Origin: an uncultured Dehalococcoidia bacterium
Lineage (GTDB): Bacteria; Chloroflexota; Dehalococcoidia; Lucifugimonadales; UBA3495
Direction: 5' to 3'
Length of the DNA: 55,503 bases
Assembly (NCBI GenBank): GCA_950072105.1
Contig: CATMOE010000020.1
Location: 1-55,503, forward strand
Shown: positions 27,672 through 37,155 of the stretch, piece after piece
How the letters are laid out: every line of letters starts with the position of its first letter
How positions within the stretch are numbered: the stretch's first letter is position 1
The notes under the pieces: generated by a model
Told to the model about the DNA's origin: nothing
The model's database searches: none
The model's input: only the letters and a program-made list of their open reading frames with translations
Made by a program: the position numbers and the translations under genes

Positions 27672-28064
27672 ATGGCTAAGACCGTACTGAAAAGCCCAAC
27701 ACTGATCACCTCTGCGGGCATCATGTCCCATGGCATACAGGTCCCGGCGGGGAATATGGTATTCGTTTCCGGCCAAGTCGCCCGCAACGCTCAAGGCGAA
27801 CTAGTGGGCAAAGGGGACATCTTCGCCCAGACAATACAGGTATTGGAGAACGTTAAGTCAGTGCTGGCAACCGCCGGCGCCACCATGGACGATGTGGTCA
27901 AAGTGACCGTGTTCGTGACCAACGTGGTGGAGCACTACGACCAGATTCACGCCGCCCGCGCCGAGTACTTCAAGAGCGACTATCCGGCCAGCACCATGGT
28001 TGAAGTCCGCTCCCTGGTAAACCCGGACATGCTGATTGAGATTGAGGCTATTGCTGTGGTTTAG
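27672..28064 (+). CDS. RidA/YjgF/UK114 family protein
   Basis: VFVSGQ, DVVKVTVF, PASTMVEV and IEIEAIA motifs; GAGGAG RBS. Confidence 0.92.
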   Translation: MAKTVLKSPTLITSAGIMSHGIQVPAGNMVFVSGQVARNAQGELVGKGDIFAQTIQVLENVKSVLATAGATMDDVVKVTVFVTNVVEHYDQIHAARAEYFKSDYPASTMVEVRSLVNPDMLIEIEAIAVV

Positions 28065-28177
28065 GCTACCGTAATTCTTTGGCTTTCGGCCGAAGGGCCG
28101 GTATGGAACAATCTTGGTCATCGGGCAAACGTGTTGTAAGAGATCCGGCAAAGCCGTTGGTAGGGATTTTTCGTAGG

Positions 28178-28909
28178 ATGCTTTTAGACAACGGGAAAAG
28201 ATTCGTTGCTTTTTTCGATATCCTAGGGTTTGGCTCTTGGGTGGAAACCGCTGGTTCCATGGAGGTATTTACCTACGTTCGGGGGTTCCTGAATCTGATG
28301 GTCCGCGCAAGCCTACCTGGGAGTGTGGTTAATCCCGATATGTCAGTGGATGTACCAGAATCTGACCTGGGGTACGTTACGTTTTCGGATTCTATCGTTT
28401 TCTTCTCGCGGGATGATTCTTACGATTGCCTTAAGACCATGCTTGCAGTTTGCGGTGAATTCATGAACGCCGTAATCTGTGGCCCTTCTAGGATGATTCG
28501 AGGAGCAATCGCCTATGGGGAGTTTTATGTGGACCCTGAAGCGAACGCCTATGTAGGCCAGGCATTGATTGACGTTTACCGTCTTGAGGGGAGGCAAGAT
28601 TGGTTGGCGTTGAGTATGCACGACTCCCTTGTAGCTCTTCCTCAATTTACTCGTGCCCTCGCCGAACATCCGGGCTATATCGTTCGGCCATTGGTTCCAT
28701 TACGTGACTCGGAAGAAATGCCATACTGCATAAATTGGGCGCACAGGACCTTTATTCACGCAGACTTCAATGCTAGACGCAGCCTGGTTAGATGTTATCG
28801 CCGGAGCCTTAAAGCCTTACGAGGAAACCAAGAGGAACTCAAGAAGTTAAAACGCCGCGTGAAACAAATGAGGGAATTCTTGATCCACTACAATCCCGAA
28901 ATTGTGTAG
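28178..28909 (+). CDS. Stand-alone class III nucleotidyl-cyclase-like protein
   Basis: FVAFFDILGF, FSDSIV, RGAIAYGE and GQALIDVYRLE motifs; more AT-rich than its neighbours. Confidence 0.7.
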   Translation: MLLDNGKRFVAFFDILGFGSWVETAGSMEVFTYVRGFLNLMVRASLPGSVVNPDMSVDVPESDLGYVTFSDSIVFFSRDDSYDCLKTMLAVCGEFMNAVICGPSRMIRGAIAYGEFYVDPEANAYVGQALIDVYRLEGRQDWLALSMHDSLVALPQFTRALAEHPGYIVRPLVPLRDSEEMPYCINWAHRTFIHADFNARRSLVRCYRRSLKALRGNQEELKKLKRRVKQMREFLIHYNPEIV

Positions 28910-29082
28910 GGCGGTGAGCCTCACATGCGATACAAAGAATGTACTCGTCCATTTAAGTGCAGGTTTATATGCGGGAGGTACCGATTATCGATATTTACGA
29001 GGCTTGAAGTCCCTGCCGCGTGGTCAAGTTCGATTATATGCTCCTTGCAATTCACGCCGGTGTGCGGAGATTGAAACCGCCC

Positions 29083-29961
29083 CTACAAATACACCCCGTA
29101 CCATTCCAAAGTAGCCGCCATTACCTCGCTGAAGGCGGGTTCTGAATAGACTTCGTAGTGGCCGTAGCCTTTGAGGACCACTAGCTTTTTAGGGTCGCCG
29201 GCGTGGGCGTAGAGTTGCTCCGATTCTTCGGGGAGGACCAGACGGTCGTTGTCGCTGGTTATGAAGAGGATGGGGCGGGGTGAGATCTTGTCCACGATCC
29301 ATTCGGGGTTGAAGCCGATGGTGTCGTCCACGTACTCCAGGGGGATGGTGCCTACGGCCGCCGGGTTGTTGCGCCGGGCCGCCGCAGCTAGTTCGGCCGA
29401 TTGCCGGTCGGGAAGCAGGATCTCGCTGCGGTCTACGTATTCCGATTCCCCGGTGCTGGCCCGTTTCTCCCGGTCTTCTTTAGAGCGCTCCTGGAGGTCG
29501 AACCACTCGTCCACTCGGCGGACCCGGCTCATCCACCGGGCGCCGTGGCCGATGCCCACCACGCTGACGATGCACTTGGCTCGCTGGTCGACCGCGCCGG
29601 TCCAGGAAACGGTGGCGCCGCCGTAGCTGGTGCCGTAGAGGCCGATCCGGTCGGCGTCCGCCTCCGGTTGCATACCCAGATAAGTCATGGCGGCCTGGAC
29701 GTCGGCGACGCGGCTGTAGGGGGCCAGACGGCTGCGGGTGCCCTCGCTTTCGCCCCATCCCTTGTAGTCGAAGGTCATGACCACGTAACCGGCGTCGTTG
29801 AGGGTTTTGGCGTTGTCCGGCAGGTAGAGGTCCTTGACGCCGGTGTAGCCGTGACACAGCAGCACCGCCGCGCGCTGTTCGCCGGATGGTAGACCGTCGG
29901 GAACGTAGATGTCGCCGACAAGCTTGAACCCTTCGCTATAGAACTCAACCGCCCGTTTCAT
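29083..29961 (-). CDS. Alpha/beta hydrolase
   Basis: CHGY, FDYKGWGESEG, nucleophile GTSYGG, Asp in NDRLV and His in GHYE. Confidence 0.92.
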   Translation of the reverse strand: MKRAVEFYSEGFKLVGDIYVPDGLPSGEQRAAVLLCHGYTGVKDLYLPDNAKTLNDAGYVVMTFDYKGWGESEGTRSRLAPYSRVADVQAAMTYLGMQPEADADRIGLYGTSYGGATVSWTGAVDQRAKCIVSVVGIGHGARWMSRVRRVDEWFDLQERSKEDREKRASTGESEYVDRSEILLPDRQSAELAAAARRNNPAAVGTIPLEYVDDTIGFNPEWIVDKISPRPILFITSDNDRLVLPEESEQLYAHAGDPKKLVVLKGYGHYEVYSEPAFSEVMAATLEWYGVYL

Positions 29962-30035
29962 GCCGCCTTTCTCCTGACGCCGATTTTGGCAGGATTATAC
30001 CACCGGCAAGACGGATGTCTTAACGGAGGAGGGCG

Positions 30036-31277
30036 CTAATCTTGGAGCGGAGAAGCTCCCTTCGCGGTCAGAGGCACCAGGGCAAGTATGACGGCGGCGG
30101 CGGCGAATAGGGCGGCCACGTAGTAAAGTGCGGCGTCCAGTCCCAGGGCTTCGTACAGCGAAGCGGCGATCAGGGGAGACACGGCGGCCATCAAGAAACT
30201 GAAGAAGGCGACGATGCCCAGGGCGGTGGTGGCCACTTCCCGCCCTACGATCTCCAGGGTGGCGGCGGTCAATATTGGTTGGTCCGGGTACAAGAAAAGG
30301 CCCAACAAAGCGATCAGGACGGTGAGGGAGATCCCTTCACTGAATCCGGCCAGCAGCAGCGAGATGGCGCATGACCAAATCAAGCCCGGCACCAGCACCT
30401 GCTTCCGGCCGACGCGGTCAGACAGGTACCCCATCATCGGCTTGGCGATCAGCCCTATCGCGATCAGCAAGCCTATGTGAACGCCCCTGAGAAACGGACT
30501 CATCCCCAGGTCGTTGGCTAAATACAGGGGCAATATTGTAACCAGGGCTACAAGGCACATGGACCGGAGGCCTCGCACGGCGATGATACCCCACATGGCA
30601 CGATTGCGGAGCAACCTCTTGGTGGCCTCTTTCCTCCTATCGAAATCTGTGGCGCCGGTGTCTGTGTCGGGTCCGCCGATGCCGCGAAATGCCCAAACCG
30701 CCATGAATGCCAGGAAGAACGGAGCTATCGCGTATATGCTGAGGATCCCTTGCCAGCCCAATACCAACAAGAGCGAACCGGTCGCAACGGGTCCGGCCAC
30801 GTCGCCGATGCTGCCGCCCACTCCGTGGAAAGACAAGGCCATGGCCCGCCGTTGGGAGAAGTGGTAGGACAGGGATGCTGAGGCGGGTAGGTGCCAGATG
30901 GAGTGGGATATGGCGACGATGGCGATTCCGGCCAGCAGCAACGGATAAACCGGAGACAGCCCGAGTATCAGAGAACCTAGGCTTATCCCACCGATGCAAA
31001 CGGCTAACAGTAGCCCCCAATGGCGCCGGAGCGGGTCGATTAGGAACCCTCCGGGCAGGGAGACGATACCCGACGCCAGCTCCCGGGTGGTGACCAGGGC
31101 GCCTACTCCGACGCCGCTCAGGTGAAAGGTGGCCTGAATCTCAGGCAGCAAGACCACGAAGCCCTGAATCATCCAATGAAACAGTGTGTGACCGCCGGCT
31201 AAGGAGCTAAGAATGAAGCCGTTGCTGTTTCTGATGTCTTTTTTACGTTGGGGAGTTACCTCGGTTGTTTCTGCCAT
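30036..31277 (-). CDS. MFS transporter (Fsr-like)
   Basis: About 12 hydrophobic segments, GYLSDRVGRK motif A, WHLPA motif. Confidence 0.92.
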   Translation of the reverse strand: MAETTEVTPQRKKDIRNSNGFILSSLAGGHTLFHWMIQGFVVLLPEIQATFHLSGVGVGALVTTRELASGIVSLPGGFLIDPLRRHWGLLLAVCIGGISLGSLILGLSPVYPLLLAGIAIVAISHSIWHLPASASLSYHFSQRRAMALSFHGVGGSIGDVAGPVATGSLLLVLGWQGILSIYAIAPFFLAFMAVWAFRGIGGPDTDTGATDFDRRKEATKRLLRNRAMWGIIAVRGLRSMCLVALVTILPLYLANDLGMSPFLRGVHIGLLIAIGLIAKPMMGYLSDRVGRKQVLVPGLIWSCAISLLLAGFSEGISLTVLIALLGLFLYPDQPILTAATLEIVGREVATTALGIVAFFSFLMAAVSPLIAASLYEALGLDAALYYVAALFAAAAVILALVPLTAKGASPLQD

Positions 31278-31309
31278 TACCTGCCTATAGACCTATTATG
31301 ACCGGCTCG

Positions 31310-32641
31310 TTAGACCGTAACACCGGTGAAATTGAAGCGGCCTATCTTTAGGGCCGGGACTTTGGTGGCGAACCCCACCTCGTTCAAGACAAGTTTGCTT
31401 TGGCTGCCCACGGCCTCGACCCCTGCCAGCGCTTCTACGTAGGATTGGGTAAAACGCAGGTCTTTCACCGGGTAGCTAAGTTGCCCGTCCTCGATAAGAA
31501 AGGTGCCGTCCCGGGTCATGCCGGTCATCACGCAGTTCCGGTTGTGCACCAGTCGGGTGTAGTGGAACCGGGTGATGTACAGACCCCGCTGGGTCGAGGC
31601 AATCATCTTTTCCAGGGACGAATCTCCGGTCTGCATAAATAAGTTGGAGGCGACCGGTGGTCCGGTAAACGCGAACTGGTGGCCGGTGGACCGCCTCCCC
31701 TCCTTCCCTGCTGTATAGGAGTTGTGCACCGGGTCCAAGACAACACCTTCTTGAATGAGCTGAGTGTGTTGGCGTGGCACCCCCTCGGCGTCGAAGGGGA
31801 CCGGCCAGCCCTCCAAGTCGGCGCCGTCGTCCCATATGGAGATCTGGGGGCTCATCGCGCGTTCGCCGATCAGGCCGTTCATCCAGCTTCGTTCTTCTTG
31901 GACCGCCTGTGCGCCCATACCGTAAAGGCTGAGGCTGCCCAGCATGTCGTCCACGGCGTAGGGATCCAGGACTACCGTGTACTCGCCTGGCTCAACGGTC
32001 CGGGGGTTTTGGCCTCTTAGGGCCTTGTCCACGGCCTCGGTGGCCAGGGCGCCGGAATCGATGTCTTCAACCCGCCAGGACCCGCCCTTGGACCAGCCCG
32101 CCGAGGTGTTGCTTATGGCCATCACCAGCAGCCCGGCAAAGGTCCCGGCGTGGTAGGCCCGAGCTCCCTTGGTGCTCAATACGGCGGTTTCCTGGGTGCC
32201 GTTGCGAAAGAATCCAGATGCTTCCAACCCACTGGCCTCGGCTAGCCGGCAAACTGATGCCACCACTTGGGAACGGGAGGCCGGGCCGTAGGATTCGGTA
32301 TCCGAGTCGTGGGTGGCCACCTGAGGCGGTGAGCCGGGGATGGGCAGACCGTTGAAGTCTGGGTCCTCCGGCATCAGCAGAGCGTTCTGATGGGCCAGCT
32401 TGGCGGCTTTTTGGATACCGCCGTCGCTAAGATCGTTCGTGGTGGCCCGCCCCTGCCGTTGGCCCACCACCACCCGAATATGGAGCTGAGCGTTGCCGTG
32501 GGACACGTTCTGGTGGATGTCGTTGGATGCGAACCGGGTGAGGCTAAGGTCTTGAACGGACAGGTAGGCATCGGCTTCTCGAATGTTCGGTTGATCCAAT
32601 GTCTGGGAGAGGACCGCCTCGCACCGGTCTCGTCCGATCAT
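31310..32641 (-). CDS. pmbA: TldE/PmbA family protein
   Basis: LTRFASN.IHQN, PFDAEG, TGMTRDG and LRFT motifs; no HExxxH; ATG overlaps the tldD stop (TGATG). Confidence 0.88.
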   Translation of the reverse strand: MIGRDRCEAVLSQTLDQPNIREADAYLSVQDLSLTRFASNDIHQNVSHGNAQLHIRVVVGQRQGRATTNDLSDGGIQKAAKLAHQNALLMPEDPDFNGLPIPGSPPQVATHDSDTESYGPASRSQVVASVCRLAEASGLEASGFFRNGTQETAVLSTKGARAYHAGTFAGLLVMAISNTSAGWSKGGSWRVEDIDSGALATEAVDKALRGQNPRTVEPGEYTVVLDPYAVDDMLGSLSLYGMGAQAVQEERSWMNGLIGERAMSPQISIWDDGADLEGWPVPFDAEGVPRQHTQLIQEGVVLDPVHNSYTAGKEGRRSTGHQFAFTGPPVASNLFMQTGDSSLEKMIASTQRGLYITRFHYTRLVHNRNCVMTGMTRDGTFLIEDGQLSYPVKDLRFTQSYVEALAGVEAVGSQSKLVLNEVGFATKVPALKIGRFNFTGVTV

Positions 32642-34083
32642 CAGAGAACCCCAACCCGCACGTTGCGGAAGCGGGCGGGTGCGGCTCCGTGTCCGGTGTG
32701 TCCGATCTGTCCCGGCTGGCCCTTGCCGCAGTTGGGGGTGCCCCACATCTGCCAGTGGTCCGCGTCGCAGACGGCGTCGCAGGAGTTCCAGAATTCGGGG
32801 GTGATGCCGGTGTAGGTTGTGTTGCGCAACAGCCGTCCCAGCTTGCCATTCTTGATCTCGTAGCCCACCTCGGCGCCAAACTGGAAGTTGTAACGTTTGT
32901 CGTCGATGGACCACGACCGGTTCATCTCCAGGAAGATGCCGTCGTCGGTGTCCGCTATCAGGTCATCTAGCTTCCATGTGCCGGGCTCGATGCTGACGTT
33001 GGTCATGCGGATCATCGGGATCCGGTTCCACGACGCCGCCCGCACGCATCCGTTGGAGGTTAGGCCCAGCCCGGTGGCCGTCTCCCGGGACATCAGGTAG
33101 CCAACGAATTCTCCGTTAGTCACTATCGGTGTGGACTGGGATGGCACGCCTTCATCGTCCCATCCATATGTACCCAGACCGGGCACCCGCAGGCTGTCGG
33201 CGGTGATGTTGACGACGTCCGAGGCGTAGCGGAAGTTGTTGAGCTTGTCCGTTGTGAGGAAAGACGTTCCGGCGTAGGCCGCTTCCGCGCCCAGTACCCG
33301 GTCCAGTTCGATGGCGTGGCCGCAGGATTCGTGTATCTGTAGGGCCAACTGAGCGCCGCCGATGATTATGTCGGTAACGATGCCGCTGGGACACGGGTCG
33401 GCGGTGAGGAGGGCTACCGCTTCGGTGGCGACCCTCTCGGCGTTGCCCGGCAGGTCCATGGCCGTGATGTACTCCCAACCGGCGCAACCCTGCTGGCGTC
33501 CCATGGACTGGGGATAGGAGCGGCGCTGAATCTCGTTGTTGCCCACGGCGTTTGCCGCGATTCCGCCGCCCGCCTCGTACACCGTCTGTTCCACGTGGGC
33601 GCCCTCGCTGTTGGCGAAGGTTTTCTCCTCTTTGATGAACACCATGTTGCCCTGGCGGGACCGGACCCCTTTCACCGCGGCCATCCGCTGGTCGGCGTCC
33701 ATGAGCAGGGCCAATTTATGGTCGGTGGATATGGTGAAGGGATCTTCTTCGATGGGCGTAGTGTACGTGCCTCGACTGGTCACCGGCGGCCCCAAGTCGA
33801 CAGCCCCCTTGCTAAGCGTCCCCGAGGCCTTGGCGATGTCCACCGCCAGGGCCGTTATGCGGTCGATCTCTTTGCCGGTTAGATCGTGGCTGGATGCAAA
33901 GCCCCAGCATCCGTTCACCAGCACGCGCACGCCAAACCCCAGAGACTCGTCAACGCTCAAGGTATCGACGACGCCATTGCGAAGGGAGATCCGCTCTTGG
34001 ACGGTGCGGACTATGCGGATGTCGGCGTAACCGGCGCCCCGCACCTCGGCCAAGTCCAGGGCTCTTGAGAGCAGGTCATCCAT
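32641..34083 (-). CDS. tldD: TldD metalloprotease
   Basis: GFGVRV, HESCGH (HExxxH), DDEG, RMTN and CGKGQP motifs; start at MDDLLSR with GGAG RBS. Confidence 0.93.
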   Translation of the reverse strand: MDDLLSRALDLAEVRGAGYADIRIVRTVQERISLRNGVVDTLSVDESLGFGVRVLVNGCWGFASSHDLTGKEIDRITALAVDIAKASGTLSKGAVDLGPPVTSRGTYTTPIEEDPFTISTDHKLALLMDADQRMAAVKGVRSRQGNMVFIKEEKTFANSEGAHVEQTVYEAGGGIAANAVGNNEIQRRSYPQSMGRQQGCAGWEYITAMDLPGNAERVATEAVALLTADPCPSGIVTDIIIGGAQLALQIHESCGHAIELDRVLGAEAAYAGTSFLTTDKLNNFRYASDVVNITADSLRVPGLGTYGWDDEGVPSQSTPIVTNGEFVGYLMSRETATGLGLTSNGCVRAASWNRIPMIRMTNVSIEPGTWKLDDLIADTDDGIFLEMNRSWSIDDKRYNFQFGAEVGYEIKNGKLGRLLRNTTYTGITPEFWNSCDAVCDADHWQMWGTPNCGKGQPGQIGHTGHGAAPARFRNVRVGVL

Positions 34084-34130
34084 TGACTTCTCCAGTCGGC
34101 GAAAGTTCCACCAATAATACATCATTGGTG

Positions 34131-34333
34131 GCCCCTCAACCCCGGACCCCTCTCCCGCCGGAATAGGGGTGCATACGAAGGATTCGTGGTTGGGGACAGG
34201 GACGGTTGTACTCGCCGATTGGGGGGATACCCCCCACCTTAATCCTTCCCCGCAAGGGGGGAGGAGATAGTCTGGCGTGGGGAGAACGTGTGCCCCTTCC
34301 CCCTTTATGGGGGAAGGTTGGGATGGGGGTGAT
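34131..34333. repeat. Cluster of family-B REP-like repeats
   Basis: cccccaccttaatccttccccgcaaggggggagg, and the inverted ccccttccccctttatgggggaaggttgggatgggggtga, plus a degenerate copy at 34131. Confidence 0.75.
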
Positions 34334-34516
34334 GCCCCCCATTGTGCAACCGGGCACATGGGTTACAGATAGACCGGATAGGTAACACCCTGTCCGCCGC
34401 CATCGCGGACCAGTCGATGGGCTGTTGTTGGTGCAGGATTGCGCTCCCTGGTAAAATCTGGGCCAGACTTGGGTGGGATGAGACTTGACCCAATCTTGAT
34501 GGAGGCTGAAGGCGAG

Positions 34517-35395
34517 ATGACGACTGTAGGCTCCGGAGATTATATCTATACCCTCATCGAGAATTGGGCCAAGTTGCCCGATGGGGAAACCTGGGGCAAC
34601 ACCAGCGCCGTGGCGACTGATTCCCAGGACCGGGTGTACGTCTTCCAGCGCAAAGACCCCCCGGTGATGATCTTCGACCGGGACGGCAATTACCTGAGTT
34701 CTTGGGGCATCAGCGCTATCACCGACCCCCACGGCATTTTCATCGAGGACGATATTATCTACGTCACCGACCGGGCCGATTCGGTGGCGCTGAAGTTCAC
34801 TTTGGACGGCAAGGCACTGCAGGTGATAGGCCGCCGGGGTGTGCATTCCAACACGGGTGGCGAAACTCCGGGAGAGTTGGTGCCCAAGTCGTCCGGCCCC
34901 TTCAACTACCCGACGGAGTTGGTGCCCGCGCCTTCGGGCGACTTGTACGTTTCTGACGGCTACCGCAACGCCCGGGTCCACCGCTTCTCGCCGGACGGGC
35001 GGCTGCTGGCGTCATGGGGCGAGCCGGGGAAGGAGGGGCCCAACCAGTTCCACCTGCCACACAGCATCCTGGTGGACGCTGACGGTCTGGTTTACGTGTG
35101 CGACCGGGAAAACAACCGTATCCAGGTATTTACGGGAGAGGGCCGGTTCATCACCATGTGGACCGATCTACGCCGTCCCCTGGACATATCGTCGGACGCC
35201 GACGGTATCTTGCACATCAGCGAAGGCGGCGTTGACGGAATGTCTCCCCGAGTCAGCCTGATGACCAAACAGGGTCAGGTGGTGGCCCGGTGGGACTCCA
35301 TGTCGGCCCACGGTAGCTGGGTCGACGCCCACGGCGACATTTACATGGCCCTGGGCGCCGCCATGCGGGTCGACAAGTACGTGAAGCAAGGTTAG
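34517..35395 (+). CDS. NHL-repeat protein (peptidyl-alpha-hydroxyglycine alpha-amidating lyase-like)
   Basis: Repeated PHG/FNYPT/FHLPH motifs, YVSDGYRNARV and DRENNRIQVF. Confidence 0.9.
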   Translation: MTTVGSGDYIYTLIENWAKLPDGETWGNTSAVATDSQDRVYVFQRKDPPVMIFDRDGNYLSSWGISAITDPHGIFIEDDIIYVTDRADSVALKFTLDGKALQVIGRRGVHSNTGGETPGELVPKSSGPFNYPTELVPAPSGDLYVSDGYRNARVHRFSPDGRLLASWGEPGKEGPNQFHLPHSILVDADGLVYVCDRENNRIQVFTGEGRFITMWTDLRRPLDISSDADGILHISEGGVDGMSPRVSLMTKQGQVVARWDSMSAHGSWVDAHGDIYMALGAAMRVDKYVKQG

Positions 35396-35402
35396 GCGGC
35401 GC

Positions 35403-36740
35403 TTAGCCGGCTATCCCCTCTTCAAGCATGGCCTGGATCGCTCCGTCGAAAGCGCCCAGGGCGGTATCGATGTCGTCCTCAGTGTGCACGCCGGACAGGA
35501 CGCCGCTGGAGCGGGACATCAGGTCCACTCCCCGCACTTGCAGCGCCTGCCGGAAGGCGGTCTGGATGGCCGGAGGAGTGTTCTTCAAAGTGCTGGCGTC
35601 CATCCCCTCGATCGACCTGTTGCCGAAGTAGACGTGGAAAGTGGAGGCGTCGCCATAGACGCATGCCGCTACTTCCGACCGGTCCAGGATCTCTTGTAAT
35701 CCCACGCGCAGACGATCGGCCATGCGGTCGGCGGTGTCCTGCATCTCCCCGCTGGCCACGATCTCAAGAGCGGCGTTGCCGGTGGCGGCGCAGTATGGAT
35801 TGGCGTTGAATGTGCCTCCGTGGAGGACCCGCTCGTGGCGGTCGTGTTGCCGGTCGCCGGTTTGCACCATGACCCGCATGATGTCGTCCCGCCCCGCCAC
35901 CGCTCCACCGGGCAGCCCGCCGGTAAGGATCTTGGCTAGGGTGCAGAGATCGGGGTCTATCCCGATCCTCTGTTGCAGTCCGCCGGGACTCCACCGGAAT
36001 CCGGTTATAACCTCGTCCAGAATCATCAGCACGTTATATTGGCGGGTCAACCGGCGCACGCCTTCCAGAAAACCGGGGCTAAGAGGGACGGTCCCGTAGG
36101 ATGCCCCGGAACCCTCGGTAATCACTCCGGCGATATTGTTGTCGGCGGCCAGGGTACGCTCCAGAGTGTCCAAGTCCGGAGGCAACACTATCACCGAGTC
36201 CACCGCGCCTTGAGGTATGCCGATAGAGGCCGGAGAGTCGAAGGGCGGCAGGTTGCCGGGCATGGCGTAATCGTGCCAGCCGTGGTAGTGGGACTCCCAC
36301 CGGATGATCTTTTCCTTTCCGGTGTAGGCCCTGGCGATGCGCATGGACAGCATGGTGGATTCAGCGCCGGAGGCCACGAAGCGGACCTTGTCGGCGCAGG
36401 GGATGAGGTTGTGGACCCGCTCGCCCCACTCCAGCATCGACTCCACCGGGGCGCCGAAGTGGGAGCCTAAGGGCGCGGCCTTGGTCAAAGCGTCCACCAC
36501 CGCCGGGTGGGCGTGACCCAAAAGCAGCGAGGCCGATCCCAGCCCGAAATCTATGTACTCGTTGCCGTCCACGTCCCATTTCCGCGGACCCTGGCCTCGG
36601 GCGATGCTGATCGGGAAAGGAGCGGCGACGTACCCGTCATGGCCGGGCCCACCTGAGGGAAACAACTCCTGGAATCTCGGGTACAACTCCGCCGACTTGG
36701 GGTTCTTGCGAATATAGGCTTCCTTAATCGTCTCGGGCAT
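35403..36740 (-). CDS. Class III aminotransferase (glutamate-1-semialdehyde aminomutase-like)
   Basis: WDVDGNEYID, SGAE, YHGW, DEVITGFR, PLP Lys in LAKILTGG, HGGTFN. Confidence 0.92.
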   Translation of the reverse strand: MPETIKEAYIRKNPKSAELYPRFQELFPSGGPGHDGYVAAPFPISIARGQGPRKWDVDGNEYIDFGLGSASLLLGHAHPAVVDALTKAAPLGSHFGAPVESMLEWGERVHNLIPCADKVRFVASGAESTMLSMRIARAYTGKEKIIRWESHYHGWHDYAMPGNLPPFDSPASIGIPQGAVDSVIVLPPDLDTLERTLAADNNIAGVITEGSGASYGTVPLSPGFLEGVRRLTRQYNVLMILDEVITGFRWSPGGLQQRIGIDPDLCTLAKILTGGLPGGAVAGRDDIMRVMVQTGDRQHDRHERVLHGGTFNANPYCAATGNAALEIVASGEMQDTADRMADRLRVGLQEILDRSEVAACVYGDASTFHVYFGNRSIEGMDASTLKNTPPAIQTAFRQALQVRGVDLMSRSSGVLSGVHTEDDIDTALGAFDGAIQAMLEEGIAG

Positions 36741-37155
36741 GGATCCCTCCTCATTGGGCAGGCATTGGGGTTTCGGGCATTTAGTGAATTCTTTTGCCGC
36801 CTAAATTTACCTCAAATTTGCGGAATATTCTACAGGCGATTTGGGAGTGCCGAAATCCCCCCGGTCTCCCTTTACGGATGAGGCCTTTTGGAGTGAGGAG
36901 CGTTGACTGTCTGGCCGGGCGGTGCTGATTTTGCGCGCCAAATTATTGCGGGCGGTGATTGAGCCGAGTGAATCAGGGGTGGGGGGATATTGGGCTCTAG
37001 ATTTACTTTGGGTTTGATGCTGAAGACGCTGACTAGGTAGGTGGGTTGGACCAAGTCGTCGTCGGCCGGGATGGGACTTATATCGCTGGGCCGGCGAAGA
37101 TCCGTGGCCTTGGTTCCTCAGGCAAGGTGACGATAAGCGAGCCTCGCCCTGGCTA

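Noticed and set aside
34084..34359. Long N-terminal extensions in the ORF track (tldD, pmbA, namA, RidA, LLM, cyclase-like)
   Set aside because: They run through REP repeats, intergenic DNA or neighbouring genes; downstream ATGs match the family starts and mostly have better RBSs.
35403..36740. Aminotransferase as hemL
   Set aside because: It lacks the PGGVNSPVR motif and has no hem genes nearby; treated as a paralog.
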